A stretch of DNA of 64,000 bases, taken from NCBI RefSeq assembly GCF_009914755.1, contig NC_060931.1. The stretch is one strand, 5' to 3'. How positions within the stretch are numbered: the first letter of the stretch is position 1; the number at the start of each line of letters is the position of its first letter. Below the pieces are notes generated by a model. That model ran no database searches. It was not told the origin of the DNA and saw only the letters and a list, made by a program, of their open reading frames with translations. Origin of the DNA: the human T2T-CHM13v2.0 reference genome, Homo sapiens. Positions 26,474 through 39,706 of this stretch are shown in pieces. Made by a program: the position numbers and the translations under genes.

Positions 26474-28082
26474 GTCTATCTTCAAATATAAACATTTTTC
26501 AAAATGTGTTCATAAATATAGAATAAATTGCTGTTATTTTTGAAGAAGAAGCAACTATTTTTCAGTTGTTGAAAAATATCAGAGTTGCAAATATTACTTT
26601 CAGTTTCTCAAGCAGAAATAATGGAATATGAAAAAAAGATGGAAAATAGCTGGTAGATATTAATGAAGGAAAGTGAGATGAAGATAGACCCTGAATTGAA
26701 ATTGCCAAATGAGTTCACAAAGAGGAAGTAAATGCCATTCAACCTGATGGTGGGGAATGAGATTACCAGTGTATGGAGAACTTAGTTCAATTAGATAATT
26801 TTTACTTTCTTGACAGGTAATGTGTAAACAACATGTGTGGCATTTTACCCAGCTGTTTTCCCTACATTTCACTTATACCACGATTTAATCATTAAGAGAG
26901 TAAATGGAATATTTTCCATTTGTTGCATCAGAAGAAGCATTATTGACTATTTTTTACAGTCCTCATTGTTCCTTATTGTGCCATTTTTATTTGTATAAGT
27001 AAATGTTGCTGAATTTAGAAAATTTATTTCTAGCAAAGATATAGCATTCCTCTCACCCTACTTAATTTGTAATAATTCCATGTACAGCTATAAAAAAGAG
27101 AAAAACATCAACTCTACAAAAATTAGCTTATTTACCTTGGAGACAGCTAACTATAGCTACAAATATTCTGACAAGAAATGCAGGTTTCTTCTATAGAAAT
27201 TGTCTGATTTTTATTTATTTTAAATGGTACATGGTGCACTTCCTACCTGAAAGTGGGGCCAATTTTTTTATGAACTCTTTTACTTTGAGTTCTATTGAAT
27301 TTAAAGAAACAAAGACCAAATTTTGGTGAGATTTTTAGATTTATACTTTTTATAGGGCCACTTTAAATGGTGTTGGAGACCATTAGCAACAAATACATGC
27401 AATTCGAGAAAGGTCACCATGACTTCCTGCAAATTAGGGGTTTTATTAGGAAACCATGGCTATAAAACATTTGGTGTTTCTCAGTTGGCTCCCTGTGTAG
27501 GTGGCATATTTCCTTCCCTATGTTTCACAGCCAGTGAAAGGTCCAAACCCTTCCCCTGGTACATCTAATGTTATTCAAAACAAATCCAACAATTTGTCAC
27601 ATTAAGATCTTATTTAGTAAATAGCTCTAGGGACTATAAGTTCTAGTACCTCAGAGTTCCAACTGATTGATTTGTTGCCAGTAAGGCTAAAGTTGGGGCC
27701 AGCCTGGGTGGACCGTACCTCTGTTCAGTGGCCCAGATCACAGAGGTCACTGGATACAAAGGCACTTGGTAGGAAGATATGTCTGGTATAGCAGCAGTTG
27801 GCCACCTCTTCTATGCATGAGAAATAGTATACTGTCCAGACCCTACTGGCAAGTAGGAACAACCTCATTTTTATAGATACAAAGGAATAAGCCATATATT
27901 AAAGTGTGTACATTCATATTTCCCAAATAGATATTTTTTCCCTAAGCACAAAAAACAAAGGTACCAAGAAAGTACATCCTCTAATCAGGAAGCTAGGGGG
28001 AGAATCTACTGCTGACAAGTAAAAATTACAGAGCTATAAGATCCCTTTAATTTTCATCCTAGATTCTAGATTTTATTTTTCT

Positions 28083-28140
28083 AAACCATTCTTTTTGTAG
28101 CCACATAATTCCAAACCATTCTTTTGTATCCATATAATTC
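28083..28140. repeat. ~30-bp imperfect tandem duplication
   Basis: aaaccattctttttgtagccacataattcc / aaaccattcttttgtatccatataattc. Confidence 0.85.
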
Positions 28141-29039
28141 ATTGCTAGGGACTCTTTCCCATTCAGAACTGTGCAGAATTAATGATATGAAGATGCATAG
28201 ATATTGCCATATGTATTACATATCTATTAATACTATTTTATTCCATTACATATCTATTAAATACTTTATTAAATAATTCAAATCTGCATTAAGAATTAAA
28301 TAATTCTTTCTCTTTATCAAAATCCCAAGGGGTACAACATTTTGATTGCTAACTTTTGTTATGTGGTCAAGCTCTGGCTTTACAGTATCATTTTGGAGAA
28401 ATCAGAAAACTACCAACAAATTTCTGAATGCTCTTAACTTCAGTGAATTCCGTTTCCCTTTCCCCAATATTTTGTTTTGTTTTTTTGAACAATAGTTCAA
28501 AGATAACTTCCATAATTATAAGTATGTAAATGAAACAATTTGTGTATGTTTGCATGAGTGTCTGAGCGGGGATTTATTATTTTTTTAAACACAGCATGAG
28601 GCATATCACTCACATCATAGAAAAAGCCATTTTTAAGTTTATCAACTTAAAAATTGAGTATCCAATATTTTAGATGATAAATCTAGCAAAGATATAAAGA
28701 AAATGGCTTTAAATATCTCAGTGCTGATACTGATTTATCAATTTGTAAGACATTTGAAACTATTTCTCTTTTATATTCAAGATTTATCATCATTCATTGA
28801 ATTGAATATTATGTGATTGTTTGCTTTAGATGCTCTGTGGACAGGAAGTATGTCCCCATCTACTTCGTTTTTGGCCCTCTAGGTCCTTCAAGGGCTTTCA
28901 GAACTGGAGGTTGAGTGTACTTGCACATAGGTGTGTTCACGTACCTACCTGTCTACCTATCCATCTACCTACCATGTCCTTTTCATGCAAATTTTTAGGT
29001 GTCAAGGATTTACCTTATAAAAATGAAGTATTTCAGACT

Positions 29040-29225
29040 TGCAGGGTAAAATTATTTCTACAATAATTTATTTCTACAATTTCCTTCAAATCTTCCCATT
29101 TTGAATCTAAGTGAGTCAAAAAGAGCTTAGTAGTCTTTGCAAGATCACAAAGCCAGTTCAAGGCACAGGCAGGAAAAGCCCAGCATGCCATCTGTGCTCC
29201 AGGCTTCCTTCAATTCCATCATGCT
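29040..29225 (-). mobile_element. MIR
   Basis: cccattttgaatctaagtgagtcaaaaagagcttagtagtctttgcaagatcacaaagccagt. Confidence 0.55.
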
Positions 29226-29869
29226 GTCTTGTTTTGTACAGTTCCTCTCATGTTAGTATGAAGATATATATAATTAAGAAAAAAGACCAGTATTTAAGTT
29301 AATTATTTTTTAAAGTCATGTTCTGTTATGCCACTGGCAAACCTTTTGGAAGCAAAAATCAAGGAATGAAGCACAATCAATTTATTTTTAATTAGCTTAT
29401 TACTTCCTGCTTTTTTTCAGTTTGTTGAAAATAGGTTAGGAAAATTGAGATGATTCTACTACTACATTATTAAAGTTAATGTTTTAAATTAGCATTTGAA
29501 GCAATACTGATCACTTTGAAATAGAATAGAATATGGTAAATTAAAATTTATTTGTTAAAATGAATGCTCAAGAACACTTCATCCATGAATGTGTTCCTGG
29601 ATTAATCAGGTTGCTAATTTGTTTCCTTCCTTACCACTTAGAATCTAGAAAAATTGCTTTGAATTTTCTCTCCAATAGTTTCAAATACAAACAGTTGCCT
29701 ACTTCATTCTGGATAGTATATTCCTTTCCATAAGGACTTAATTTTGACATGCTTCTGTACCCCTCACGGTCTCCTCCCATTTTTTGGTAGAAACACAGAA
29801 GGTGCTTAATAAAAGTCTTGAAATAGACTAGTGATAAAAGAATGAATCCATATATACATTGTTCTTGTA

Positions 29870-30000
29870 ATCACTACATTTGTTATTTAGTTCCTCTCCT
29901 GGACTGTGAGGTTATCGAGGGCAGAGACTGTGTCTTATTCGCTAGTGTATTCCTGTCATCTACTAGATATTCAGTACTGCTTGAAGAATGAATCAATGAT
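29870..30000 (+). mobile_element. L2 3' end
   Basis: ctggactgtgaggttatcgagggcagagactgtgtcttattc...gaatgaatcaatga. Confidence 0.7.
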
Positions 30001-30563
30001 TTCTTCTGACTTTTATTTAGGTATATGTCTAATGTCTTTACCTAGTCTGAGAGTTCTTTGAGAAAATAACTCATATTCTGTTGATCTCTGTAAGCTTCAA
30101 ATAAGTTCTTATTATCCTATGAATAAAGTAGCACTTCAAAAGCACTAGTAAATAAGCCAAACATCACCTTGGATTGCTTTTTTAAGTCCAGGATTTTTTT
30201 CTATTTTTATAAGTATAAACTATGCTATTGAAATAAAATTCGGGTCAATATAAAGAAGTTTCTAATATTTTTATATTATTCATTTGATATCTAATTCCAA
30301 TATCTAATATTTTGATAATGAGGTAAGTTGCCTTTTGAAGTCACTGATTTTCTAAGATCCAAAATCTAACAAATGTGCATATTACTGCCTAATAATTTCT
30401 CTAATGGATGCTCATACTTTCTAGAAATAATTACAGATAATGTATTTATAACTCTAAGACTCTGACTATAACACTATATAATTACATTTCTACTTTCATC
30501 CTTAAATATGTTTCATCATATTAGTAGTAATGTTACTCATTAAGTAAAATGAAAAATATATAA

Positions 30564-30937
<374 letters not shown>

Positions 30938-31319
30938 TGGTTTTTTTAAAACATACATTTCTGGTTTTCTTTTCCAAGTTATATATATTCAAATTGTAAC
31001 AGTATTCTTATATCTCATATATTTTATTATTAGCTTAATTTCTGCTTGAGGAGAAAAATGCTTTCTAGTACTAAGTAAGTGAATGTAACTCCAAGTTGTC
31101 CCATACTTATTGATTATGTTCTCTTCCCACAGAAGGCTCACATATGTAATTGTTCTCACAGATGAAAATAATGTACATATGTGTATATGTGTGTAATTTT
31201 TATAAATATCTGTATCTATAATCCTTTGTCTCAAGTAGCTAATGAGACTCCACAACCTTTTCCAGAAAATTAATCCCAAAGATACTTATCATAAAGCATG
31301 CTATAAAGTGAATGTTTTG

Positions 31320-31515
31320 TCCCTACTGGTTTCTACTACAAAACTAAAGTTTTTAGGGCAAGTCACATAACCTCTAAGCATCAGTATCTTCATTTTTAAA
31401 AATAAAGGGCTCATATACATATTTACCTTATTGGGTTGTTTGGAGTATTAAAAGAATCCATGCCTGCAACATGCTTTGAAAATATCTAATTGATACAAAA
31501 TACTTCATAATTATA
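31320..31515 (+). mobile_element. MIR
   Basis: gggcaagtcacataacctctaagcatcagtatcttcatttttaaaaat...ttattgggttgtttggagtattaaa. Confidence 0.65.
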
Positions 31516-32609
31516 ATTATTCTTACTGGGAAAGTCTTATGATCAAAAACATTAATTCCAAATTTTGAGGCTTAAAATTTTTTCTTTTCCTAGACTCAGG
31601 GAAACAAAAAATGATAATAGTTTCTTTTCATAATAATATTTTAGAAGTCACTTAAACATTCCTATCTTCCCTTGGTTCTATACATTCCTATCTTTCCACT
31701 TGACAAATGCAAAAAAATGTTAGGAAACATTACCTTTTAATACTAGCTCCCTGCTATACTTTTTTCCAATTATTAAAAAGATTTTTTTGACAGAGTCTGG
31801 CTTTGGTGTAACAGAAGTTGCTAGGCTACTAGGGGCTTGCAGGCTATTTCAGAAGTGACCTGGTTGGATTTCTCAGTACTATGTTCAAACTAACAGCATG
31901 AAATACTTATCCCATCAATGGCAGAGAATTGTTGAGGTTAAGGAAGAGAGCAAAATATGAAGCAGAGCAGGTCATGGTGTGTATGTTGAACACAGCAAAG
32001 GGGCCTTGAACTCAATTCAAACCTACTTTGTCAGAGGACAATGTATTCTTTCTGGCTAACAGTACTGCAGTTCATATATTTACTGAGATCAAGGATGGAG
32101 AGTTAGTCTAGAGATTTAAGTCAGTCAATTTGTCAATTTAAAAGTTTAACAGTCAGTTAGAAACCAGATTGACAATAGTCAGTCAGGATTAATTCTTAAA
32201 TTGTGATTTCCTTGAATATAAAATATTTCAATAATGGCTTCAAATATTTTTCTTCAGTTAATGTTCTTTATGCAGTTTAGAGATTTGTTTTGTATTAAGT
32301 TAATTTAAAAGTGACTGATTTTGGAAAAAAAATCTCTTTTGTGGGGAGGAGGCATGGGAATCATTGTTTAATTCTAGTGGAACACGTGAGCACTATTAAC
32401 CTTTGCTATTAACCTTTTTGCTTTCACTATCACTTGTAGACATTTAATTTTTATAAAGTCATCAGATGCAAAATAGTAAACAGACATGGACAGATGAGAT
32501 GTGATTGGAATCAATGGATATTGCAAGACTTCTCAATAAACTGTTTTGATAGGAAGTCAACATAAAGATTAGAAACCACTATTTCAAAGTGATTCATGGG
32601 CAGTAAGAT

Positions 32610-32800
32610 ATAGAAAGGGGCTTTAGAGTCCATCTTTGTGAACTGGATCGTTTTTGTTTGTATGTTTGTTTAAGTGAGGAAACTTGGACCCTAAGTGATA
32701 AAGTGATTTTCTCCAAGATGACACTGTTAAACAGTAACACAGCATGCATGAGATACCATTTCCTTTGTCATCTAGTCTTTTATCTTACCAATACATCACA
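32610..32800 (-). mobile_element. MIR3/MIRc
   Basis: tgaggaaacttggaccctaagtgataaagtgattttctccaagatgacac. Confidence 0.55.
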
Positions 32801-32847
32801 CTGTTACTTGTCCTTTGGAGATAAATGGCCAATATTCTCTCTAGAAT

Positions 32848-32950
32848 AGTATAGCAAAGAAGGGGGGAAAAGGCAGAGAATTACCAATACTGACTCAAAC
32901 AGTATAGCAAAGAAGGGGGAAAAAGGCAGAGAATAACCAATACTGATTCA
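32848..32950. repeat. 53-bp tandem duplication (3 differences)
   Basis: agtatagcaaagaagggggg/aaaaaggcagagaat(t/a)accaatactga(c/t)tca at 32848 and 32901. Confidence 0.95.
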
Positions 32951-33874
32951 GAGATATGGTAAAGGAAAAAATATAGATTGCAATTTATAATGTATATTAT
33001 GATTCATATAGAATTGTATATGGGTTACTTATTTAAGTGTGGTCATAAAGAATGTTAATAAGACTTTTGAGATAAGCTAGAGAATATGAAATAATGTAAA
33101 GTGATAATATATGAAATTTTATTCCATTAAGGCAGGTCATAACATTTAAACAGCAAATTGTTGCAAGAAGAAATAAATGACATCCTGTGTTTATTCAATA
33201 GACAGATAGTCCAATATGTTAATTCATACTTTTAACTACAAAAATTTTAGAAGCTTATTCAACAACATAGTTACTTATGACTTCAACATTTTCTTTTAAA
33301 GGAGAGTCTATGTTTGACAGCATGAGATTGTGACCAATTAAAAATAAAATTCTAGCTTTGGGTCACTCCACTCCATGAATACATGGCATTAAGTTAGTTA
33401 TAACATAATATAAAGTGAACCAAATTGTTCCAAAGAACATAAAACTATAAAGTAAAATAGTTTTTTTGGGAAAAGTCTATTTTTTTCTTCATACCTGATC
33501 TCTTTCTCTCAAATTTGGATTTGTATTATGAAATGTATTTTTCTTTATAAGGTATGTTTATATATGAAAAGTAGCTTTAAAGTTTTTAGTAGAACTTCAG
33601 ATTCACTCAATAACATATCTTCTTTTTTCTCTCATTTTTCTAATAGGTGTCTTGGCAAATGGAAGAATTTCAGGGAATTGCATATATATGTAGTATATTT
33701 ATGTTTATGAAATATGTACATATCATTATACTAAAATAAACATAAAATATATTTATACAAATGTATATATGACATATAACTTTTAATATGTAATACATAT
33801 TATATGTTATTCGCTGAAAAGCATAAATGTATATTTAAATGGTGTATCTAAATATTGTCTATATTTCTATAATG

Positions 33875-34030
33875 CAAGTTGTCCCAAAAAGCTTAGTACA
33901 GTTTTAAGCTTTAATTACTTCCGTACTATAATTGCTACAAACTTATAAAAATAATTCTTGAAATTTAATTGCTTAAATTTTTTGTACTAGTTTTGTGATT
34001 TTTGAGTGATAATTTTTAAATTTCAGTTTG
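33875..34030. mobile_element. Mariner-like MARNA fragment
   Basis: gtcccaaaaagcttagtacagttttaagctttaattacttc...gctacaaacttataaaa matches the recalled MARNA terminus. Confidence 0.55.
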
Positions 34031-34751
34031 CTTTAGGACCTCTGAGTAAATGACAAATTACGAGTTAGCAGCCATTTTAGCAAATAACTGACTGGTTCTA
34101 GAAATAGCACAATCAACATAAATTTTGCCCACTTCAAAATGCTGTCTAGGGATAGCCCTGCATATAAGCTTCTAAGACAAAACAGTAGTCCAAATCTATT
34201 ATAAAAGATGAATATAAACAACAGAAGCACTTTACTCAATGGAGGCCCATTTCATCAGGGCAGAATTCTGTGCTCCATTATGTAGGCTTGATTTAGTGGG
34301 AAAGCAAACATTATCTTCAGAGTTAAAATGATTAAAGCCATAGCATCTTTAGAAGACACAGACCTGTTCAGTTTTAATAACAGGGAAGAACACTTTTGTT
34401 ATTTTTTGCCTCAAAAAATTTAATTGGTAAGTATATTCAAGAAGCATTGTAACCTAATGGTTTATCTGAGGTTTCAGAATATAAGATATCATTATCTACA
34501 GCTCTGAAATATTTGTATTTTTTCCTCAGAGTCTAAAACTGCTCAGAAAATGTTCTGATACCTTTGATTAGTCCAAAAGGTAAGTGCATGTTTAAATAAA
34601 TTTCGTACACTTCTAACAAAGATTGATGCTGCCTGAACACTTTCAGGCCCATTGCTTACTACACTCATTTATGCATTACCAGTGCCTAGAACAATGTCTG
34701 TTCAAAGTACATGCTCAATAAGTATTTGGAATATTTCTGAGAAATTTAAAA

Positions 34752-35040
34752 TTTTTTTATTATACTTTAAATTCTAGGGTACATGTGCACAACGTGCAGG
34801 TTTGTTACATATGTATACATGTGCCGTGATGGTGCGCTGCACCCATTAACTCGTCATTTACATTAGGTATATCCCCTAATGCTATCCCTCCCCTCTTCCC
34901 CCAGCCCACAACAGGCCCCGGTGTGTGATGTTCCCCATCCTGTGTCCAAGTGTTCTCATTGTTCAATTCCCACCTATGAGTGAGAACATGCCGCGTTTGG
35001 TTTTTTGTCCTTGCGATAGTTTGCCGAGAATGATGGTTTC
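34752..35040 (-). mobile_element. L1PA5-like, 5'-truncated (~290 bp of 3' UTR)
   Basis: ttattatactttaaattctagggtacatgtgcacaacgtgcagg...cccacctatgagtgagaacatg; flanking taaaattttt / taaaaatttt TSD-like. Confidence 0.92.
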
Positions 35041-35556
35041 TAAAAATTTTATGGTATAATATAAATAAGCCCTAAGGCATCATTCTCTAATTTATCAAAA
35101 TAGATTTTATTCAAAAATGTAATATAATCTTAAAGGACTTTGATAGATAATTGGCAATATATGTTATTCATCATGTAGCCTTTAAAGAATAAGTTAAACA
35201 CTAAAGAAAGGTCATACTATAATTTCCTAAAGTTGAAGTTCCATAATACTAATATTCTATTTGACCACAAGATACTTGGCCTGATTAAGGCTTCTGATGT
35301 ACCCCCATTCAAGTTGCTAATTTAGCCTGATACTGATAGTATTTAACCAACTTTATCGAAAATTTTGTGAGAAAAGAATTTGGCTTTATTTCTGTAAGAA
35401 ATCTTGGTCTTCAATTTATTTTGTAGTAATGGTGTGCTCTATAGCTGTAGGCATATGATTACACGAAAATGAGTTTATATGAATGCATATTGCATGCATT
35501 CGTGCATGGATGAATGAATGACATCTGGACATATGATAAATATATAATAAAGATGT

Positions 35557-35967
35557 TGATATAGTTTGTATATTTGTCTCCACCCAAATCTTATGTTGAA
35601 CTGTAATCCCCAGTGCTGAAGGTGGGGCCTAGTGGGAGGTGATTGGACCATGGGTGTAGATTTCTCTGGCTTAGCACTATCCTTTCGGTGCTGTTCTAGT
35701 GATAGTGATGAGTTCTTGTGAGATCCAGTTGTTTAAAAGTGTGTGGCACCTCCCCACTCTCTCCTTGTTCCTGCTCCCACCGTGTAAGATACCTGCACCC
35801 CCTTTGCCTTCTGCCATGCTTGGAAACTTCCTGAGGCTTCCCCAGAAGCAGGAGCCACCATGCTTCTTGTGCAGTCTGCAGAACCATGAGTTAATTAAAC
35901 CTCTTTTCTTTATGAATTACTCAGTCTCAGTTATTTCTTTACAGCAATGTAAGAATAGACTAATACA
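35557..35967 (+). mobile_element. MSTA solo MaLR LTR
   Basis: TGATATAGTTTG...cccaaatcttatgttgaactgtaatcccc...ccagaagcagga...gcagaaccatgagttaattaaacctctttt...GACTAATACA. Confidence 0.88.
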
Positions 35968-36579
35968 TATATATTTCATTTAATTGCAAAGCAAATCAAC
36001 AATTTGAAGAACCACAAGAACTACATATTTATTTTTATTATTTTTCATTTATTTTTAAATCAGGTAGCCTATAGACGTCAGATAGCTTTTCATTTGTCTT
36101 TATTTCTTCTAATTTCATATTTGGATATCTTGTATCTGAGACATACAACTTTGATTAAAATATTGGGTCAAGGCACAGTTTAAAAGAACACCAGATACTA
36201 GTATTTACTCAATGAAGAAATAAATAAAGGAAAAGATGATGAAGGTTTGGATGAAGTCAGTGATTACCACTCTAAAATACTTAGAATAGTCACTGGAAAA
36301 TCAAACGAATGTTAATATATGTGAAGGCAAAATTTAAGTCTGTGTTTAGAGTAACAATCTAATTTACATCCTCCCTGTAATAGCAAAAGCCTTACAAATA
36401 TCACTATTTCTACATTTCTATATGTAAAACACAGCTCTTTTTTTCATTGCTCTTTATTGTACTCCAGTTTCATAGCATGATCTCTCAGGTAAATTGGTTA
36501 ACCAAATTGAACAAAGATATACTAAAAGGTATTTTGACTATTATTTTTAAAAATCAAGTTCTAAAAAGAGCTCCTTCCA

Positions 36580-36782
36580 ATTATTACTGTTCTCACTTAC
36601 TTATGGGGCAGGTCAACATAATTGAACCTTATTGTGGCAATGAGAAAATAGTGTTTGAGAAGTTAAGTGATCATCACAGAAAGTCAGTGTCAGAAGTTGT
36701 GATTTTTTTGATTTATAAATCACAATTTATTTGATTTATAAATCAAAATATTCAGACTGCCTAGTCCTTTCCCAACTACCAT
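36580..36782 (-). mobile_element. MIR
   Basis: atgagaaaatagtgtttgagaagttaagtgatcatcacagaaagtcagtgtcaga. Confidence 0.5.
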
Positions 36783-37312
36783 TAATAGATTATATGGGTA
36801 CTGAGCAGGCGGACCAGTTTTTGTTTGTTTTGTTTTGTTTTACATGCTACAAGCTATATTGATTATGTGACTATTTCCACCTTTTAATCTAACTTTAATG
36901 CCGCATCACTCAATCATAACACTCAATTTTTTTGATTAATATATTAGACAGGAGGTCTATAATTTCCTTTACATAAAAATAATCTCAAATCATCCACAAG
37001 TGGTACATTTTAAAATTCATTAGAGATCTTTGACATGCTCTTCTATTAGCAAGGTTTCAGAGAGCACAGATGGCAATTAGTCACACAGATGCTGGTGGTT
37101 AACTCCTTTGACTGAGGAGAGCAGCATTATCCATGAAAAGAACTTTCAAGTCTCTGGAAACAAAGAGTAATATTAAATGCCATTCAAAGCATTTCCTGTC
37201 AATACTCCAGCCTTATTACATCCTTATATAAATTCTTTGCTTATTTTTAAACTTTCAAAATGGCTGGTTGTTGGAAAATCCAATCCTAGCAGGATGGAGG
37301 GTCCTTTAAGCT

Positions 37313-37500
37313 ACTAGTTCTCCAAGTGTGGTCCCTGGACCAGCAGCACAGACATCACTGGAGAGCTTGTCAGAAATGCAAATTCTCTGGCATCACTCCA
37401 GACCTACTGAACCAGAAACTTTGGTAGTGAGGCCTAGCAATCAGAATTTTGATAAGCCTTCCAGATGATTCCCATGTAAACAAAAATTTGAGAATCTTTG
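37313..37500. mobile_element. MER5A (hAT-Charlie MITE)
   Basis: ttctccaagtgtggtccctggaccagcagca...gagcttgtcagaaatgcaaattctc...cagacctactgaaccagaaact...tttgagaatc. Confidence 0.85.
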
Positions 37501-39572
37501 CTATAAGTTATTTGGAGGTGCCTGGGGAAAAGGCTCTCCACAGAGATTACAATGGAATGTACAAGTTAAATTATTATTATAGTTTTATTATATTTAAATT
37601 ATAAAATATTATTTGACCATAAACAGGACGTTAAATTCTTTTTGAAATGTCTGTATTTTGAATTCATTAGAATTAATGTAATTTAATTACGAATTTCTCA
37701 ACATAACGCTATATGGATGCTAAATGTGCCTTCACTCGGTGGAGAAGAATTTGCTTTAGGCAATGGGGGAATGGAAATTATTGAGTCGGAACCTGGGCTG
37801 AGTTGTTACTAAAGTCTTTGCATACCGGCAGGGATTTGAGATACTAAATTACTACCTTTGGTTTCTCATATGTCCATCCTCCATGCCCTGTGACTTCAGA
37901 AATGTATCCTTCCATCACACATTAACTTTATATATTACAAAACAGAGCAGAAAATCACATGCCATATTGGAAGATGGAGAAATCAGCAAATTGTCAATCT
38001 AGAGAGCTAACATGGAATATATTTCTTTTGCTTGAATTTATTTTTATATACTCCTCAAAGCAATTTCACAATTCCATGGGAATATGGATATATGTGATCT
38101 TACAATTATATTTACATTCTCTAACCCCTGATTTCTTTAATTGTGTTCATCCTTATACTAGTTTCCATGTCAACAATGCCAACTGTGAACGCTACTTGTA
38201 ATGGAAGCTTAAAAACAAACAAAAAGAAAAGTCCCCTAGCTTAGGATACTTGAAATAACCCAAAGATTGGGTTAACTAAATCTTAATCAAAATTCAATGT
38301 GCAGCAACTAAAATTTTAATATGATGAAGTCATCATCAATGAATTATCATAAAGGTTTTTTTAAAATTCATTGATCTGAAAAATACTTAGTACATATACC
38401 GGATAAATAAATTAACAATGATCATGAATGTGATTAACATATACTCAAAGTTAAAATGTAATTCTTTCTGATATTTTAAAAAACAACTATAATGCAAGAT
38501 GAATATGTGTTTTGCTAGTATGAACACTATCAAATACCCTAAAGTACTATCTATTGATAGCCATAAAGAAATAATTGTCCTAAATATATGACATGAATAA
38601 AACAAAGTAGTGGTAAAATAAATCAGTTTTCACTGTTTCAAAAGTTCCCTCTTTTTCAATTTTGGGAGAGAGACTGCTAAAGATGATGAAGTCTGTCTAA
38701 AGGCAAGTGCAACCTCTATAATAAAAATCTATCTTCAGTATATCTGGTGTTGAAAGGTTTAGCTCCAAGAGTGTAACAGTGCTGAAGACAGGAAGGGAAC
38801 TCTTGCTAGTTATTCAGTCTTTTCTACTGTCTTCTGTCACTACTTTATAAGTCCTCCTGATATTTGTGCTGATGTTTGCTGCTCCTCTTTTTGCCTTAGG
38901 CAGAGTAGAGTAAAGTTCAGGAGGTTAGGTTAAAAAAAGACCCCAACCAGCAGGGAATGTAGTTTATTGACAGGGTTCTTTACAGATGGATAATAAGAGT
39001 AATGAGAAAGCTACATAATTGCTCTTCATGGTGTGCCAAAAGCTCAGTCAATGGCTGATATACATGAAACAAAATTATTAAAGCACTTTATATCAGACAC
39101 TGGAATGGTTCCCTAAATTAGAAGAGACTTACTAACAGCCCACCTGGTTAGGTTTCGGAAGAGTGGACAGATTGTGGCCTATGGAAGCAATTCTTTACAA
39201 TACAAATGGCAGGGGTGATCCTTTGCCAAAAGACCCAAGAGGACTTCTGCAGGAATTCAATACAAATCTACCTCATATAATAGCCTTGATTCCTCATGTC
39301 CAAAGCAAAAAAAAAAAAAAAAATACTTACTCAACCCTAACTACTTTTCTTTCATGAGCTTTCACAAAATGAGGGTGATAATAGTACTTGCCTTCCAGGA
39401 TTGTGACAAGTATAAAGTGGGAAAATACCTAGAAACACATTTGAGGGATTAAAGATGGTAATTCTCTAAAAATAACCTGAAGACTAACATTTTAGAGGAT
39501 AAAGGTGATGCCAATTTTCTCATTTTTATCCTTGTTATTCAATGAAATTGGTAATCTAAATTGAAAAATACT

Positions 39573-39706
39573 CTAATAACATAGTTTTGTTCAACTTCAT
39601 TTTATTATTACATTTGAAATATGTAATAATCGTTTCGTTATACATCATTTTGCTTAAAGTCACAGTTACCAAGAACATGTCGACAATATTAGGCGAGGAC
39701 TAACTG
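39573..39706. mobile_element. MER82 (Tigger family) terminal fragment
   Basis: tttcgttatacatcattttgcttaaagtcacagttaccaagaac...tcgacaatattaggcgaggactaactg, followed by TA. Confidence 0.65.

Noticed and set aside
33680-33870. Very AT-rich stretch as a possible origin or matrix-attachment element
   Set aside because: Low-complexity TA-rich decay with no specific supporting signal.
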